Under the pieces are notes generated by a model. The model did no database searches. It saw nothing but the letters and a program-made list of their open reading frames with translations, and had not been told where the DNA came from. A DNA stretch of 54,325 nt from Gemmatimonadota bacterium (GTDB lineage Bacteria; Gemmatimonadota; Gemmatimonadetes; Palauibacterales; KS3-K002), in the NCBI GenBank assembly GCA_039586795.1, contig JBDHJS010000022.1:1-54325 (forward strand), in the 5' to 3' direction. Both the position numbers and the translations under genes were made by a program. Every line of letters begins with the position of its first letter. The first letter of the stretch is position 1. Below are positions 19,721 to 30,492 of this stretch, piece after piece.

Positions 19721-22191
19721 TCCTCCCTCAACGCCACCACCGGATCCACCCCTGTCGCCCGCATCGCCGGCACCAGCGACGCCGCTAGCGCCACGCCCGC
19801 AAACAACACCGCGATCCCCACGAAGGTCACCGGGTCCGTCGGTGCGATCCCCACCAGTAGGCTCGTCATGAAGCGCGTCAGCCAGAAGGCGGCGATCAAC
19901 CCAACGATCAGGCCGATCAACGTCAACACCGCTCCCTGACCCACGATCAACTTCAAGATGTTCCCGGATTCGGCGCCGAACGCCATGCGCACACCGATCT
20001 CCGGCGTCCGCTGCCGCACCACGTAGGCGAGCACGCCGTACAGTCCCACCGAAGCGAGCACGAGCGCCGTGATGCCGAATATCCCGATCAGCACCAGCGC
20101 AAAGCGGTTGCCCGCCATCGCATCGCTCATGTACTCGTCCATCGTCCTGACGTTGTCGACCGGCAGCAGCGGGTCCATCGCGCGTACCTCCGCGCGTACC
20201 TGACCCGCCAGGCCGGCCGGATTGATGCTGCTCCGCATAACCCAGTTGTGCGTCCCCAACCCACCCACGTAACGATCGGTGAAGTAGACCGTCTCGCGTC
20301 CTTCCACCGCCAGACTCTGCGAGCGTTGATGCTCGACCACGCCGATCACCTCGACCCACTGCGGCTCCAACGTCGTAACGCGGATCAGCATTCGCTCACC
20401 CAGCGGCGACTTGTCAGGCCACAGTTTCCGCGCCAGCACATCATCGATCATGACGACTCTCGAGCTGTCCGAGAAATCGGCCGGCGAAAAGTTGCGACCG
20501 GACAGCAAACGCGTCCGCATCGTCTGCAGATAACCTGGAAGCACGATCCGGTAATCGGCCTGTCCGTACTTCGATTCATCGGTCAGCGCTTCCTCTAGCC
20601 CGTAGCGACCGGCGAAAAGCGCCCCGCTCTGCAAGGGAAGCGGCGTGCCCGCAGAAACAGACTCCACTCCTGGAATGCTGGCCAGACGTTCCTGCATTTG
20701 CAGCGAGAAGTTCGTCTGTTGCTCGGCGGAGTCGAAACGATTGCCCGGTATGTTCACCTGGAACGTCAGTACGTTCTCATGATCGAATCCCGGGTTCACG
20801 TTTTGCAGCTCCACGAAACTACGCACCAATAGTCCGGCACCGATCAGCAGTACCACCGACAACGCCACTTCGACCACGACCACGCCGTTCCGGAAGTAGC
20901 GCTGCCGCGAAAGCGCCGACGACCGACCGCGATCCTTCAGCGAGTCGGCCAGGTCGGGTCTCGAGGCCTGGATGGCCGGCACCGTTCCGAAGATGATGGC
21001 GGCGAGCACGGCCATCAGCAGCGTAAACGCCAACACGCCCGCATCGATGCCCACCGAGTCGATGCGCGGCAGGTTCGCCGGCCTCAGCGTCAACAGCAGC
21101 TCGATGCCGCCCAGCGCCAACACCAGCCCGACAATACCGCCGGCGAGTGCCAGGGCACCGCTCTCGACCAGCAACTGCCGTATCAGTCGCCCGCGACTGC
21201 CACCCAGCGCCGAGCGGATCGCGATCTCGCGCTCCCGTCCGGATGCTCGCACCAACAACAGGTTGGCCACGTTGGCGCACGCGATCAGCAGCACGAAGGC
21301 CACCGCGCCCAACAGCGCCAGCACGATAGGTCGAACCTCTTCCGTGAGGTCCGCGTGCATCGAGATCAACTCCAGCTTGAAGCCCCCCGTATCATGTAGC
21401 TGGTCCTCTTCCCGGATCCGTGCCGCTACGGCGTCGGTTTCCGCTCGCGCCTGCTCCACCGACACGCCGGGATTCAACCGGCCGATCCCGGCCCACAACA
21501 CGTTGTTCCGCGACGGCCAGGTCTCGACGTTGATCCGCAACGGCGTCCATATCTCGACTTCGTTCGAGATGCCCGTGTTCAGCGGCATCAGTAGCCGGAA
21601 ATCCGCCGGCATCACCCCTACGATCTCCGCCTGGTTTCCCGCGATCTCGTACGCCCGACCGATGACGCCCGGGTCGCCGCCAAATCGGCGCTGCCATAAC
21701 CCGTGGCTCAGGATCACCGCGTTCGGCGGTATCGCGTTCGGATCGACTGCCTGTCCGATCGGCTCCTCGTCCTCGGGCATGAAATCCCGGCCCAGCATCG
21801 GTGCCACGCCAAGCAGCGAGAAGATGTTCGCCGTCACGCCACCCACCCATACCTGTTCCGGATCGCCGTCACCCTCCGTCAGCGGCTGCTGGAAGGTGAT
21901 CACCCCGGCAAAACCCTCGAACAGCGTCGTCTGCTCTCGCAGATCGCGCAGCGTCGGCGGCGACAGCGGGAAGTTCCTCAGATCCCGAGCCTCTAGCTCC
22001 CCCCACACCAGCGTCAGCCGGTCGGGATCCGCATAGGGCAAGGGTCGCAGAAGCACCGCTTGCACGACGCTGAATATCGCCGTGTTAGCGCCGATCCCCA
22101 GACCAATCGTCAACACCGCGATGATCGTGAACGCGGGACTCCGGACCATCCCTCGAAGAGCAAACTTCAAATCCTTGAGCAGCGAATCCAT
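19717..22191 (-). CDS. Duplicated orphan ABC permease (MacB/FtsX-type, ADOP-like)
   Basis: DLKFALR, LGIGANTAIFSVV..VLLRPLPY, LLIACANVANL, GLYGVLAYVVRQRTPEIGVRMAFGA, DPVVALREE; no ATPase gene adjacent. Confidence 0.92.
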   Translation of the reverse strand: MDSLLKDLKFALRGMVRSPAFTIIAVLTIGLGIGANTAIFSVVQAVLLRPLPYADPDRLTLVWGELEARDLRNFPLSPPTLRDLREQTTLFEGFAGVITFQQPLTEGDGDPEQVWVGGVTANIFSLLGVAPMLGRDFMPEDEEPIGQAVDPNAIPPNAVILSHGLWQRRFGGDPGVIGRAYEIAGNQAEIVGVMPADFRLLMPLNTGISNEVEIWTPLRINVETWPSRNNVLWAGIGRLNPGVSVEQARAETDAVAARIREEDQLHDTGGFKLELISMHADLTEEVRPIVLALLGAVAFVLLIACANVANLLLVRASGREREIAIRSALGGSRGRLIRQLLVESGALALAGGIVGLVLALGGIELLLTLRPANLPRIDSVGIDAGVLAFTLLMAVLAAIIFGTVPAIQASRPDLADSLKDRGRSSALSRQRYFRNGVVVVEVALSVVLLIGAGLLVRSFVELQNVNPGFDHENVLTFQVNIPGNRFDSAEQQTNFSLQMQERLASIPGVESVSAGTPLPLQSGALFAGRYGLEEALTDESKYGQADYRIVLPGYLQTMRTRLLSGRNFSPADFSDSSRVVMIDDVLARKLWPDKSPLGERMLIRVTTLEPQWVEVIGVVEHQRSQSLAVEGRETVYFTDRYVGGLGTHNWVMRSSINPAGLAGQVRAEVRAMDPLLPVDNVRTMDEYMSDAMAGNRFALVLIGIFGITALVLASVGLYGVLAYVVRQRTPEIGVRMAFGAESGNILKLIVGQGAVLTLIGLIVGLIAAFWLTRFMTSLLVGIAPTDPVTFVGIAVLFAGVALAASLVPAMRATGVDPVVALREE

Positions 22192-22371
22192 CGAAGGGCC
22201 TCCTCGTACGGTGCTTACATCAGAGACAAGACGGGAGAACGACATCAGCTATTGTGGTGTGTTTTCTATGAGATGCCCGACGAATCTCGAAGGTTGCAAG
22301 TTTCGGCTAACCGGTTTAACTAAGGACCTTCCAAGGGCCCCATCCGCATGACCCCCGAACAGGAGGCGACC

Positions 22372-24822
22372 GTGAACGCGTCTGCCCGCTCGATCTTTGC
22401 CGCAGGACTGGCAATCCTAGTCTTCGCCGGTCTTTCCGCGGCCCAGGAGCCCTACCAAGCGCCACCGCAGGATGTCGTCGACATCGTCGACGCGCCGCCG
22501 ACTCCCGTCGTCAGCGTCAGCCCCGATGGCGCCTGGATGACACTCACCGACCGGCGCGCCTATCCGTCGATCGCCCAACTCGCCGAGCCCGCGCTTGGCC
22601 TCGCCGGGATCCGCTTCAACCCGCGGACCAACGGCGACGACCAGCCGCCCCTCGGTACGGCGATCACTCTCCTCCGCCTCGAGGACGGACGCGAGTGGCA
22701 GATCGAGCTGCCCGCCGATGTGCAGCTCACCTATCCGTTCTGGTCACCCGACAGTCGGCACCTGGCGTTCACCAACACGGTGGCCGACGGTGTCGAGCTC
22801 TGGGTCGCCTCCGTCGACTCGAAGCAGGCCGAGCGCCTGATCGGAGCCGAGCTGATGGCGGCCAGCGGTTGGCCTTGCCAGTGGATGCCCGGCTCGGAAA
22901 GCCTGGCCTGTCAGTTGGTCCCCGCCGATCGCGGCGCCGCGCCGGAAATGCCTCGCGCCCCCGTCGGCCCCACGATCCAGGAAGCGGCGGGACGCAGCGC
23001 GCCCGTCCGCACGTACCAGAACCTGCTGACCAGTCCGTTCGACGAAGAGTTGATGGACTACTATTTCACCGCTCAGCTGGCGATCATCTCGCTGAACGGT
23101 GAGCGGCAGCTGTTCCGCGAGCCGGCCATCTTCGCCGACATCGACCCGGCGCCCGACGGCGCTCACCTGCTGATCAGCCGCGTCGTGCGGCCCTACTCGT
23201 ACCTGGTTCCCGTCTACCGATTCCCGCAGGAAGTAGAGGTCTGGGGACACGGCGGCGAGGAGGTTCATCACGTCGCATCGATGCCATTGGCCGAGAACGT
23301 GCCCATCGGCGGCGTGCCCGAGGGCCCTCGCAACATCACCTGGCGGATCGGTGACACTCACACGCTGGTGTGGCTCGAGGCTCTCGACGGCGGCGACCCG
23401 AAAGCCGAGGTCGAGTTCCGCGACCGGATCGTTCTCATGCAGCCGCCGTTCGACGGCGACCCCATCGAGGTGGGCAAGACGGAGCTGCGCACTTACGCGC
23501 TTCGCTGGACCGAGCGCGGCAGTCTGGCCCTCGCCTACACCTACGATCGCCCCACCCGCCAGACCAAGACGGTGGTTCTCGATGTCGCGGGACCGCAGCT
23601 TCCCTCGCGCATCATCTGGGATCGCAGCGCCGAGGACGCCTACAACAATCCCGGCAGCCCGATCATGACCGAGACGGAGAGCGGCAAGTACGTGCTGCTC
23701 CTAAGCCCGGACCGCCGCTCCATCTATCTGACCGGCTCCGGCTCGTCACCGGAAGGCGACCATCCGTTCCTCGATCGCTACGACCTGACGACCGGCGAAA
23801 CCGAGCGCCTGTGGCAGGCCGAGGATTCCTACTACGAATTCGTCGTCGAGCTGCTGGATCCGGACGGATCCAAAATCATCACGCGCCGCGAGTCGAAGAC
23901 CGAGCCGCCCAACTATTTCGTTCGCGACCTCGAGAGCGGCAGCATGACGGCGCTGACCGACATCAAGGATCCAGCACCTCAGCTCACCGGCATCCACAAG
24001 GAGCGCATCAACTACGTCCGCGCCGACGGCGTCGACCTGACCGGCACGCTCTACCTGCCGCCGGGCTATGAAGAGGGGACGCAGCTGCCCACCGTCGTCT
24101 GGGCCTATCCCCGGGAGTTCAAGTCGGCCCGCGCCGGCGGCCAGGTCCGCGGCTCCGAGCACCGCTTCACCTTCTACCGCGGCTACTCGCACCTCTTCTT
24201 CCTCACCCAGGGCTACGCCGTGCTCGACGGCGCCAGCATGCCCGTGGTCGGTGAGGGGGATGTCGAGCCCAACGACTCGTTCCGCGATCAGTTGGTGATG
24301 AGCGCGCAGGCGGCGGTCGATGCGCTAGTCGAGATGGGGGTCACCGACCGCGATCGCGTCGGCGTCGGCGGCCACTCCTACGGCGCCTTCATGACGGCCA
24401 ACCTATTGGCCCACTCCGAAATCTTCCGGGCCGGGATCGCCCGCAGCGGCGCCTACAACCGCTCGCTGACACCGTTCGGCTTCCAAAACGAGCAGCGCAC
24501 CTTCTGGGAGGCGCCCGAGATCTACTTTGCCATGTCGCCGTTCATGCACGCGCACAAGATCAACGAGCCGATGCTGATGCTGCACGGCGAAGCCGATACC
24601 AACTCGGGCACGTTCCCCGTCCAATCCCAGCGGATGTTCCACGCCGTCAAGGGCCTGGGCGGCACCGTCAAACTCGTGTTCTACCCTTACGAGCAGCACG
24701 GCTACCGAGCCCGCGAAACCGTATTGGATGCGCTATACCAACAATTCACGTGGTTCGACAAATGGGTCAAAAACGCACAGCCGAGAGAGCAAGCAGCGAC
24801 TGACGCATCCGGGAGCAATTGA
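22372..24822 (+). CDS. Secreted S9 prolyl-oligopeptidase-family serine peptidase
   Basis: Signal peptide, propeller region, GGHSYG nucleophile motif, HGEADTNSGT and EQHGY; GTG start after AGGAGG. Confidence 0.9.
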   Translation: MNASARSIFAAGLAILVFAGLSAAQEPYQAPPQDVVDIVDAPPTPVVSVSPDGAWMTLTDRRAYPSIAQLAEPALGLAGIRFNPRTNGDDQPPLGTAITLLRLEDGREWQIELPADVQLTYPFWSPDSRHLAFTNTVADGVELWVASVDSKQAERLIGAELMAASGWPCQWMPGSESLACQLVPADRGAAPEMPRAPVGPTIQEAAGRSAPVRTYQNLLTSPFDEELMDYYFTAQLAIISLNGERQLFREPAIFADIDPAPDGAHLLISRVVRPYSYLVPVYRFPQEVEVWGHGGEEVHHVASMPLAENVPIGGVPEGPRNITWRIGDTHTLVWLEALDGGDPKAEVEFRDRIVLMQPPFDGDPIEVGKTELRTYALRWTERGSLALAYTYDRPTRQTKTVVLDVAGPQLPSRIIWDRSAEDAYNNPGSPIMTETESGKYVLLLSPDRRSIYLTGSGSSPEGDHPFLDRYDLTTGETERLWQAEDSYYEFVVELLDPDGSKIITRRESKTEPPNYFVRDLESGSMTALTDIKDPAPQLTGIHKERINYVRADGVDLTGTLYLPPGYEEGTQLPTVVWAYPREFKSARAGGQVRGSEHRFTFYRGYSHLFFLTQGYAVLDGASMPVVGEGDVEPNDSFRDQLVMSAQAAVDALVEMGVTDRDRVGVGGHSYGAFMTANLLAHSEIFRAGIARSGAYNRSLTPFGFQNEQRTFWEAPEIYFAMSPFMHAHKINEPMLMLHGEADTNSGTFPVQSQRMFHAVKGLGGTVKLVFYPYEQHGYRARETVLDALYQQFTWFDKWVKNAQPREQAATDASGSN

Positions 24823-24834
24823 GTTTACTGACTC

Positions 24835-25009
24835 GACAGCCAACAGCCGACAGCCGCGTACCGACGGCGAAGTAAACATCTCGGCTACCAACGCCCGACG
24901 CCCGACGCTCAAAAGACAACGCCCGACGTCTTATGAACGTCGGGCGTCGTGCGTCGATCGCCGGGGTTTTGGACGAACGTCAGTACGCGGCTGTCAGCTG
25001 TCGGCCGTC
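24835..25009. repeat. Nested heptamer-repeat hairpin between convergent peptidase genes
   Basis: Outer gacagccaacagccgacagccgcgtac / gtacgcggctgtcagctgtcggccgtc; inner acgcccgacg units / cgtcgggcgt. Confidence 0.75.
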
Positions 25010-25041
25010 CCCTTCGATATTCAACGTCGACCGTCGAAAAC

Positions 25042-26016
25042 CTACCGCTGGGGCGATAGCGACGTCTCCCTATGAATCAAATCCAGCACAACTCGAACCG
25101 CAAAATCCCCCACTCGCGCCATCCCCAACTCATCAATCAACCCCGTATCATCCGCCACCGTATGATACTCCGCATGCGTCCCCGTATGCATGAACACAAC
25201 GGGAACGCCACTCACGTAGAAACAATACTGATCGCTTCGATTCAGCACATCATCCGAGAACACGAAGTCCAGCGCATCTCTGTTCGCCGGGCCAAGCACC
25301 GTCGGCCATGCGGCCGACGATGATGTGCCGATCAAGATCAGCGTGTTATTTCGCAGCCGGCCCACCATGTCAAAGTTGATCATCGCCGTGATGTCACCCA
25401 TCGGCACCGTCGGCTGCGAGCAGAAGTGGTTCGATCCGATCAGCCCCACCTCTTCCGCGCCGTAGGCCTGGAACATCACGGAACGCCGCCCTCGCGTGCC
25501 CGACCCGCCTGCATCTATGTACTCGCTCAGCACTCTCGCCGTCTCGAGCAAGAGCGCCGTGCCCGACGCGTTGTCATCCGCGCCGTTGTACACCGTCCCG
25601 ACGCCATCGACACCGACGTGATCGTAGTGCGCGCCGATGATCACCCACTCGAGCGCCAGGTCACCGGCGCCCGGCAGAACCGCCAGCACGTTCTGCGACT
25701 CTTGCCCCGACTGACCACGCACCGTTCCCGGTACGTCGAACTCCTGAATGAACCCCTGGACCGCCGGGTCGAGCCCGGATTCCAGGAACTTGTCACGCAC
25801 GTAGAACGCGGCCTGCTCCTCATACACCGAGCCGGTAAGCCGGCCCTGCATGCTGTCGTGCGCCAGCGCGCTCACGTGGCCTAGCAAGCCCGACGCGCTA
25901 AGAGCGCCCACGCTCGGCGGTGGGTCGTTGAGAGGGTCCCCGTTGCTCGGGGACGACGGGTCGTCGTCGCAGGCTACCAGCGCTGTCACCACAAACAGAC
26001 AGAAAAGTCGCTTCAT
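25042..26016 (-). CDS. M28 family metallopeptidase, lipoprotein
   Basis: Lipobox LVAC, GAHYDH, GADDNASG, AEEVGLIGS, NFDMVG, YHTVADD. Confidence 0.9.
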   Translation of the reverse strand: MKRLFCLFVVTALVACDDDPSSPSNGDPLNDPPPSVGALSASGLLGHVSALAHDSMQGRLTGSVYEEQAAFYVRDKFLESGLDPAVQGFIQEFDVPGTVRGQSGQESQNVLAVLPGAGDLALEWVIIGAHYDHVGVDGVGTVYNGADDNASGTALLLETARVLSEYIDAGGSGTRGRRSVMFQAYGAEEVGLIGSNHFCSQPTVPMGDITAMINFDMVGRLRNNTLILIGTSSSAAWPTVLGPANRDALDFVFSDDVLNRSDQYCFYVSGVPVVFMHTGTHAEYHTVADDTGLIDELGMARVGDFAVRVVLDLIHRETSLSPQR

Positions 26017-26169
26017 TCCTTGCCTTTCAGGATGTGCTGCAAACGGCAGTCTCGATGCGCGGTCCGGACTTCTACCCCGAAACCGCCGCTTTGATTCGCC
26101 CGCTTGCCGACTCGGCCTCCTGGGGCGAAGTTGTCCCCTCATCTCCAATACACACTATCGTACGAGCCT

Positions 26170-27201
26170 ATGAAAGCCGCCATATTCCGGCAGCACGGTG
26201 GACCCGAAGTCATCGAGATCGCCGACGTGCCGAAGCCCAGCCCCGGACCCGGGCAGATTCTCGTCGCCGTGCGCGCCGCTGCCATGAACCATCTCGACCT
26301 CTGGGCGCGCCGCGGCCTGCCCACCCTCGAGCTCGAGTTCCCCCACATCGGAGGCTCCGATATCGCCGGCGTGATCGCAGACATCGGCGACGGAGTCGAT
26401 GGATACCAAACCGGGATGCGCGTCCTGGTCAACCCGAGCCTCTGGTGCGGCGGCTGCGAGTGGTGCCAGAGGGGCGAGGAAAGTCTTTGCGATTCTTATC
26501 GCATCATCGGCGAGCACATCGACGGCGGCTTCGCCGAGTATGTCGCGGTCCCCGCGATCAACGTGTTGCCGATACCCGATGACCTGTCGTTCGAGGATGC
26601 CGCCGCCGTTCCCCTCGTCTACCAAACCGCCTGGCGCGGGCTGATGAACCGAGGGGCGCTCATGCCCGGCGAAACGGTGCTCGTCACCGGATGCTCCGGC
26701 GGCGTCTCCACCGCTGCCATCCAGATCGCCAGGCTCGCCGGTGCCCGCGTGCTCGGGATAACCAGCGGCGCCGAAAACGTCCGCCGTGTCAAAGAGCTGG
26801 GCGCCGACCTGGTGGTCGATAGATCCGACGCCAGTTTCTCCAAGGAGATTTGGAAGGCGACCGACAAGCGTGGCGTCGATGTGATCTTCGACAGCGTGGG
26901 TGAACAGATCTGGCCCGACCTGACACGCCTCCTCGCCCGGACCGGCCGCCTCGTCGTCTATGGCGCCACCACCGGACCTAAAGGGCAGATCGACATCCGC
27001 CTCACGTTCTGGAAGCAACTCCAGGTCGTCGGCACCACGATGTCCAGTCGCGAGGAATTCGAAGAAGCTATGGCCCTCGTGTTCCAGAAAGAGCTGAAGC
27101 CCGTAATCGACGTCGTACTGCCTCTCGACAAGGCGCGCGAAGGCCACGAGCGCCTCGAGGCCGGCAACAGCTTCGGCAAGATCGTGTTCACGGTACCCTG
27201 A
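26170..27201 (+). CDS. Zinc-binding dehydrogenase / MDR family oxidoreductase
   Basis: HGGPEV, NHLDLW, CGGCEWC...C structural zinc site, VTGCSGGV, FGKIV. Confidence 0.9.
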   Translation: MKAAIFRQHGGPEVIEIADVPKPSPGPGQILVAVRAAAMNHLDLWARRGLPTLELEFPHIGGSDIAGVIADIGDGVDGYQTGMRVLVNPSLWCGGCEWCQRGEESLCDSYRIIGEHIDGGFAEYVAVPAINVLPIPDDLSFEDAAAVPLVYQTAWRGLMNRGALMPGETVLVTGCSGGVSTAAIQIARLAGARVLGITSGAENVRRVKELGADLVVDRSDASFSKEIWKATDKRGVDVIFDSVGEQIWPDLTRLLARTGRLVVYGATTGPKGQIDIRLTFWKQLQVVGTTMSSREEFEEAMALVFQKELKPVIDVVLPLDKAREGHERLEAGNSFGKIVFTVP

Positions 27202-27202
27202 T

Positions 27203-28360
27203 ATGGTGACTCCACCCAAAGACCCACGTTCCGTTTCCGATGCGATCAAGCATCGCGCCCGTGAGATCGGTTTCGATCTTGTGGGTATCGCGCCGGCCAA
27301 GCGTCCGCCGCACGCCCAATTCTATCTCGATTGGCTGAAGCGCGAGTACCACGGCGAGATGGCGTACCTGGCACGACCCGATGCGATGAAGCGCCGCGTT
27401 CAACCGACGGAAGCGCTGCCCGGCGCGCGCTCGATCATCGTCGTCGCCCTCAACTACGCGAACGGCGAGAATGGCGCCGCGGATGATCCTTCGCGCCCGA
27501 TCGTCTCACGCTACGCCCGGGCCACGGACTATCACACGGTATTCGAAGAGAAGCTCGGCCAACTCGCGGACGAGCTGAAATCGATCGCCGGCGTGGTCAA
27601 AGCGAAACTCTATGTCGACTACGGTCCGGTACTGGAGCGCGATCATGCTCAACGCGCCGGCCTCGGTTGGATCGGAAAGAACACGCTGCTCATCAACCCG
27701 AACATCGGCTCGTACACCTTCCTCGGCGAGATACTAACCGACGCCGAGCTGGAGCCCGACGCCGCGTTCGAGCCGGACCATTGCGGCACCTGCGATCGCT
27801 GCATCTGGGCCTGTCCCACCGGCGCCATCGCCGGACCCCGGGAGCTGGATGCCCGACTCTGCATCTCCTATCTGACCATCGAGCTCCGGGGACCCATCCC
27901 CATCGAGCTACGGCCCCTGATCGGCAACCGGGTTTTCGGGTGTGACATCTGTCAGGAGGTCTGTCCCTGGAACAAAGAAGTCCCGGCTACGAACGAGCCG
28001 CGCTTTAGGGCGCGGGACGATGTCACCGGGCCGGAGCTGATCGACCTGATCGGGTTGAGCGAAGAGAACTTCCAGGCACGCTATGCGGACACTCCCATCG
28101 CCCGACCCAAACGGCGAGGATTCCTTCGCAACGTCGCCGTCGCGCTGGGCAACTGGGGCAGCCGCGCCGCCGTCCCGGCCCTCACCTACGCACTGGGGGA
28201 CGACGATCCGCTGGTCCGCGGGCATGCCGCCTGGGCCCTGGGCCGCATCGCCGGCACTGAAGCAGCCGCGGCGCTCGAAGCGAGGCTGGAAGTCGAAGAC
28301 GACGGGTGGGTCAGAACGGAAATCGGGCTCGCCCTGGAGAGCGAGCCCGTCCGCGCCTGA
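27203..28360 (+). CDS. queG: tRNA epoxyqueuosine reductase
   Basis: SRYA..DYH, AGLGWIGKNTLLI, CGTCDRCIWACPT, CISYLTIE, GCDICQEVCPWN, HEAT-like tail. Confidence 0.95.
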   Translation: MVTPPKDPRSVSDAIKHRAREIGFDLVGIAPAKRPPHAQFYLDWLKREYHGEMAYLARPDAMKRRVQPTEALPGARSIIVVALNYANGENGAADDPSRPIVSRYARATDYHTVFEEKLGQLADELKSIAGVVKAKLYVDYGPVLERDHAQRAGLGWIGKNTLLINPNIGSYTFLGEILTDAELEPDAAFEPDHCGTCDRCIWACPTGAIAGPRELDARLCISYLTIELRGPIPIELRPLIGNRVFGCDICQEVCPWNKEVPATNEPRFRARDDVTGPELIDLIGLSEENFQARYADTPIARPKRRGFLRNVAVALGNWGSRAAVPALTYALGDDDPLVRGHAAWALGRIAGTEAAAALEARLEVEDDGWVRTEIGLALESEPVRA

Positions 28361-28375
28361 TTCGGCTAAGACAGT

Positions 28376-29206
28376 CTAGTACTCGAAGAATTCCACGTTG
28401 GGCCGCTCGTCGATCAGTCGCGCCCGATATCCGCGCTCCAAGAACTCGCGCACCGATTCGCGGCCGTCCTCACCGACGTCCAGCGTCCGCCGGTTGACGT
28501 ACATCCCGACAAACTCATCGACCAACTCATCGTCCATCTCGCCCGCAAAGTCCGACGCGTAGTCCAGCGCCTCGCGCCGATTCTCCAGCGCATACTGGAT
28601 GCTATCACGCATATAGCGGCAGACCCGCCCGATCGTCTCGTCGCCCAACGCGCGGCGTGCCACGTTGCCGCCCAGCGGTAACGGCAGCCCGGTCAGACCA
28701 CCCCACCACTCGCCGAGATCGAGGAGCAGATGCAATCCGAACTCAGGGTACGTGAGCTGGCCCTCGTGGATGATGACGCCGGCGTCGGCAAACCCATCAC
28801 TGACGTAGCCCATCACCTCGTCGAAGCGTACGAAGCGCACCTCGATATCCGGCTCGAACAGCCGCAGCGCCAGGTGCGCCGATGTCAATTGCCCAGGCAC
28901 CGCCACGACACGGCCCTTGATGTCGGCCGGGTCGAACGGCTCCCTCGCGACGATCCGCGGACCGTATCCATCGCCCATCGCGAACCCGTGCGGCAACATC
29001 ACATAGTCGTTCGTCACCTTCGCGTAGGCGTGAATCGAGATCGCCGATACGTCCACATCCCCGTTCATCACCCACAGATTGAGCGTCTCGATATCCTCGA
29101 GCCGGTGCTCGAACACGATGTCGCCCGTGTCCACGATCCCCTTCGCCATCGCGTAGAACATAAACGCGTCATCAGCGTCAGGGCTATGTGAAAGCGTCAG
29201 TCTCAT
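28376..29206 (-). CDS. mqnD: MqnD-like 1,4-dihydroxy-6-naphthoate synthase (futalosine pathway)
   Basis: HSPDADDAFMFY, DIETLN, GDGYGP, IIHEGQLTY, LPLPLGGN, GMYVN. Confidence 0.85.
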   Translation of the reverse strand: MRLTLSHSPDADDAFMFYAMAKGIVDTGDIVFEHRLEDIETLNLWVMNGDVDVSAISIHAYAKVTNDYVMLPHGFAMGDGYGPRIVAREPFDPADIKGRVVAVPGQLTSAHLALRLFEPDIEVRFVRFDEVMGYVSDGFADAGVIIHEGQLTYPEFGLHLLLDLGEWWGGLTGLPLPLGGNVARRALGDETIGRVCRYMRDSIQYALENRREALDYASDFAGEMDDELVDEFVGMYVNRRTLDVGEDGRESVREFLERGYRARLIDERPNVEFFEY

Positions 29207-29207
29207 A

Positions 29208-30482
29208 TCACCCAACTTCCTCACTTGGATCGATCAAATGAACGGCAACGCCGGTCGGCACCTTCGGCCAAAAGAACGTCGTCTTCGGTGGCGTCCGCTC
29301 GCCCGCCGCCGCCGCTTCGCGGATCTGAACCACCAGCGGCGCCGACAGTAACGCCGCCGCCTGCGCCTTCCCCGATCGCACAGAATCCACCGCCGCCGCC
29401 GGGTCCTTCGTGTATCGCATCAGCGGAACCTGGTCCTCGGCCGACAGGCCCAACCCTTCGAACATGAACACCTCGTGGAATGCCACCGCGGCGATAGTCG
29501 TGAACGCGTCCGGCTCACGCTGCCGCAACAGCCAGGCACCCGGTCGGTCCTTCGCCACCAAAACAAACGCGGGCTGCCCCACGGTGGAATTCAGCCAATC
29601 ACCTGCCGAACCCAGATCCATCTCGTCCATCTCCACGACATCGAACTTATCACTCATCTTCAGTACCGCCGCTTCCCAATCCAGCGGTTCGCCGACGATG
29701 GCTCGGTGCGTCGGCAGAAGCTGCAATCCAGGGTCGCTCTCCGGTACGATGTACGCCAGCACATACTCGTAGGAGTTGCGGCCCGTCTGCGGGGCGCCCT
29801 CTCTGATCAGCGCGTCGCTGTAGGCCAGCGCCGTCTCGTAGCGATGATGGCCGTCGGCGATAAGGAACGTCTGTTCGTTCAGCAGCGCGCCCAGCTTGAC
29901 CGCCGGTCCCATCGGTTCCACCCGCCAGACCTTGTGCGACTGGCCCGCCGGAAACTCCGTCTCCTCCGTCGGCGCACCCCCTACCAGGTCCTTCAGCACG
30001 TTGCTGATGCGGCCATCGGGATCGGAACAGATGAAGAAGATGGCCGACATCTGCGCGCTGCATTCCTGCATCAACGCCAGCCGGTCGGCTTTCGGCCCCT
30101 TCATCGTCCGTTCGTGCGGTATCACCAACCCGGCTTCGAACGGTTCCAGCTTTAGCAGAGCCCAGATGCCGGTGCGCACGTGCCGCGCGTCACCCGACTC
30201 GAACTCGTGCTGGTGGATGAAGAACGCTGGCTCCTCCTCCTCAGCCATGATCTTCTCTGAGATCCACGCGTTGAGCGTCTGAGCCGCAACGGCGTAGCGC
30301 TCTGGACCTTCGCCTTCCGGGTTCGTGATTCGCACAATGTTGTGCGGGCTCTGCTGTCGAAGCGCTGCCGCATCGGCGGTCGTGATGACATCGTAGGGTG
30401 GCGCCCACACCGCGCCCAGGTCGCTCACCTTGTCACCGCGATAGCGCAGCGCCCGAAACGGAACTACGACTGAATTGCCCAA
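29208..30482 (-). CDS. DUF1015 family protein
   Basis: PFRALRY, APPYDVI, PHERT, IADGHHRYETA, PPKTTFFWPK. Confidence 0.9.
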   Translation of the reverse strand: MGNSVVVPFRALRYRGDKVSDLGAVWAPPYDVITTADAAALRQQSPHNIVRITNPEGEGPERYAVAAQTLNAWISEKIMAEEEEPAFFIHQHEFESGDARHVRTGIWALLKLEPFEAGLVIPHERTMKGPKADRLALMQECSAQMSAIFFICSDPDGRISNVLKDLVGGAPTEETEFPAGQSHKVWRVEPMGPAVKLGALLNEQTFLIADGHHRYETALAYSDALIREGAPQTGRNSYEYVLAYIVPESDPGLQLLPTHRAIVGEPLDWEAAVLKMSDKFDVVEMDEMDLGSAGDWLNSTVGQPAFVLVAKDRPGAWLLRQREPDAFTTIAAVAFHEVFMFEGLGLSAEDQVPLMRYTKDPAAAVDSVRSGKAQAAALLSAPLVVQIREAAAAGERTPPKTTFFWPKVPTGVAVHLIDPSEEVG

Positions 30483-30492
30483 GATGATTACC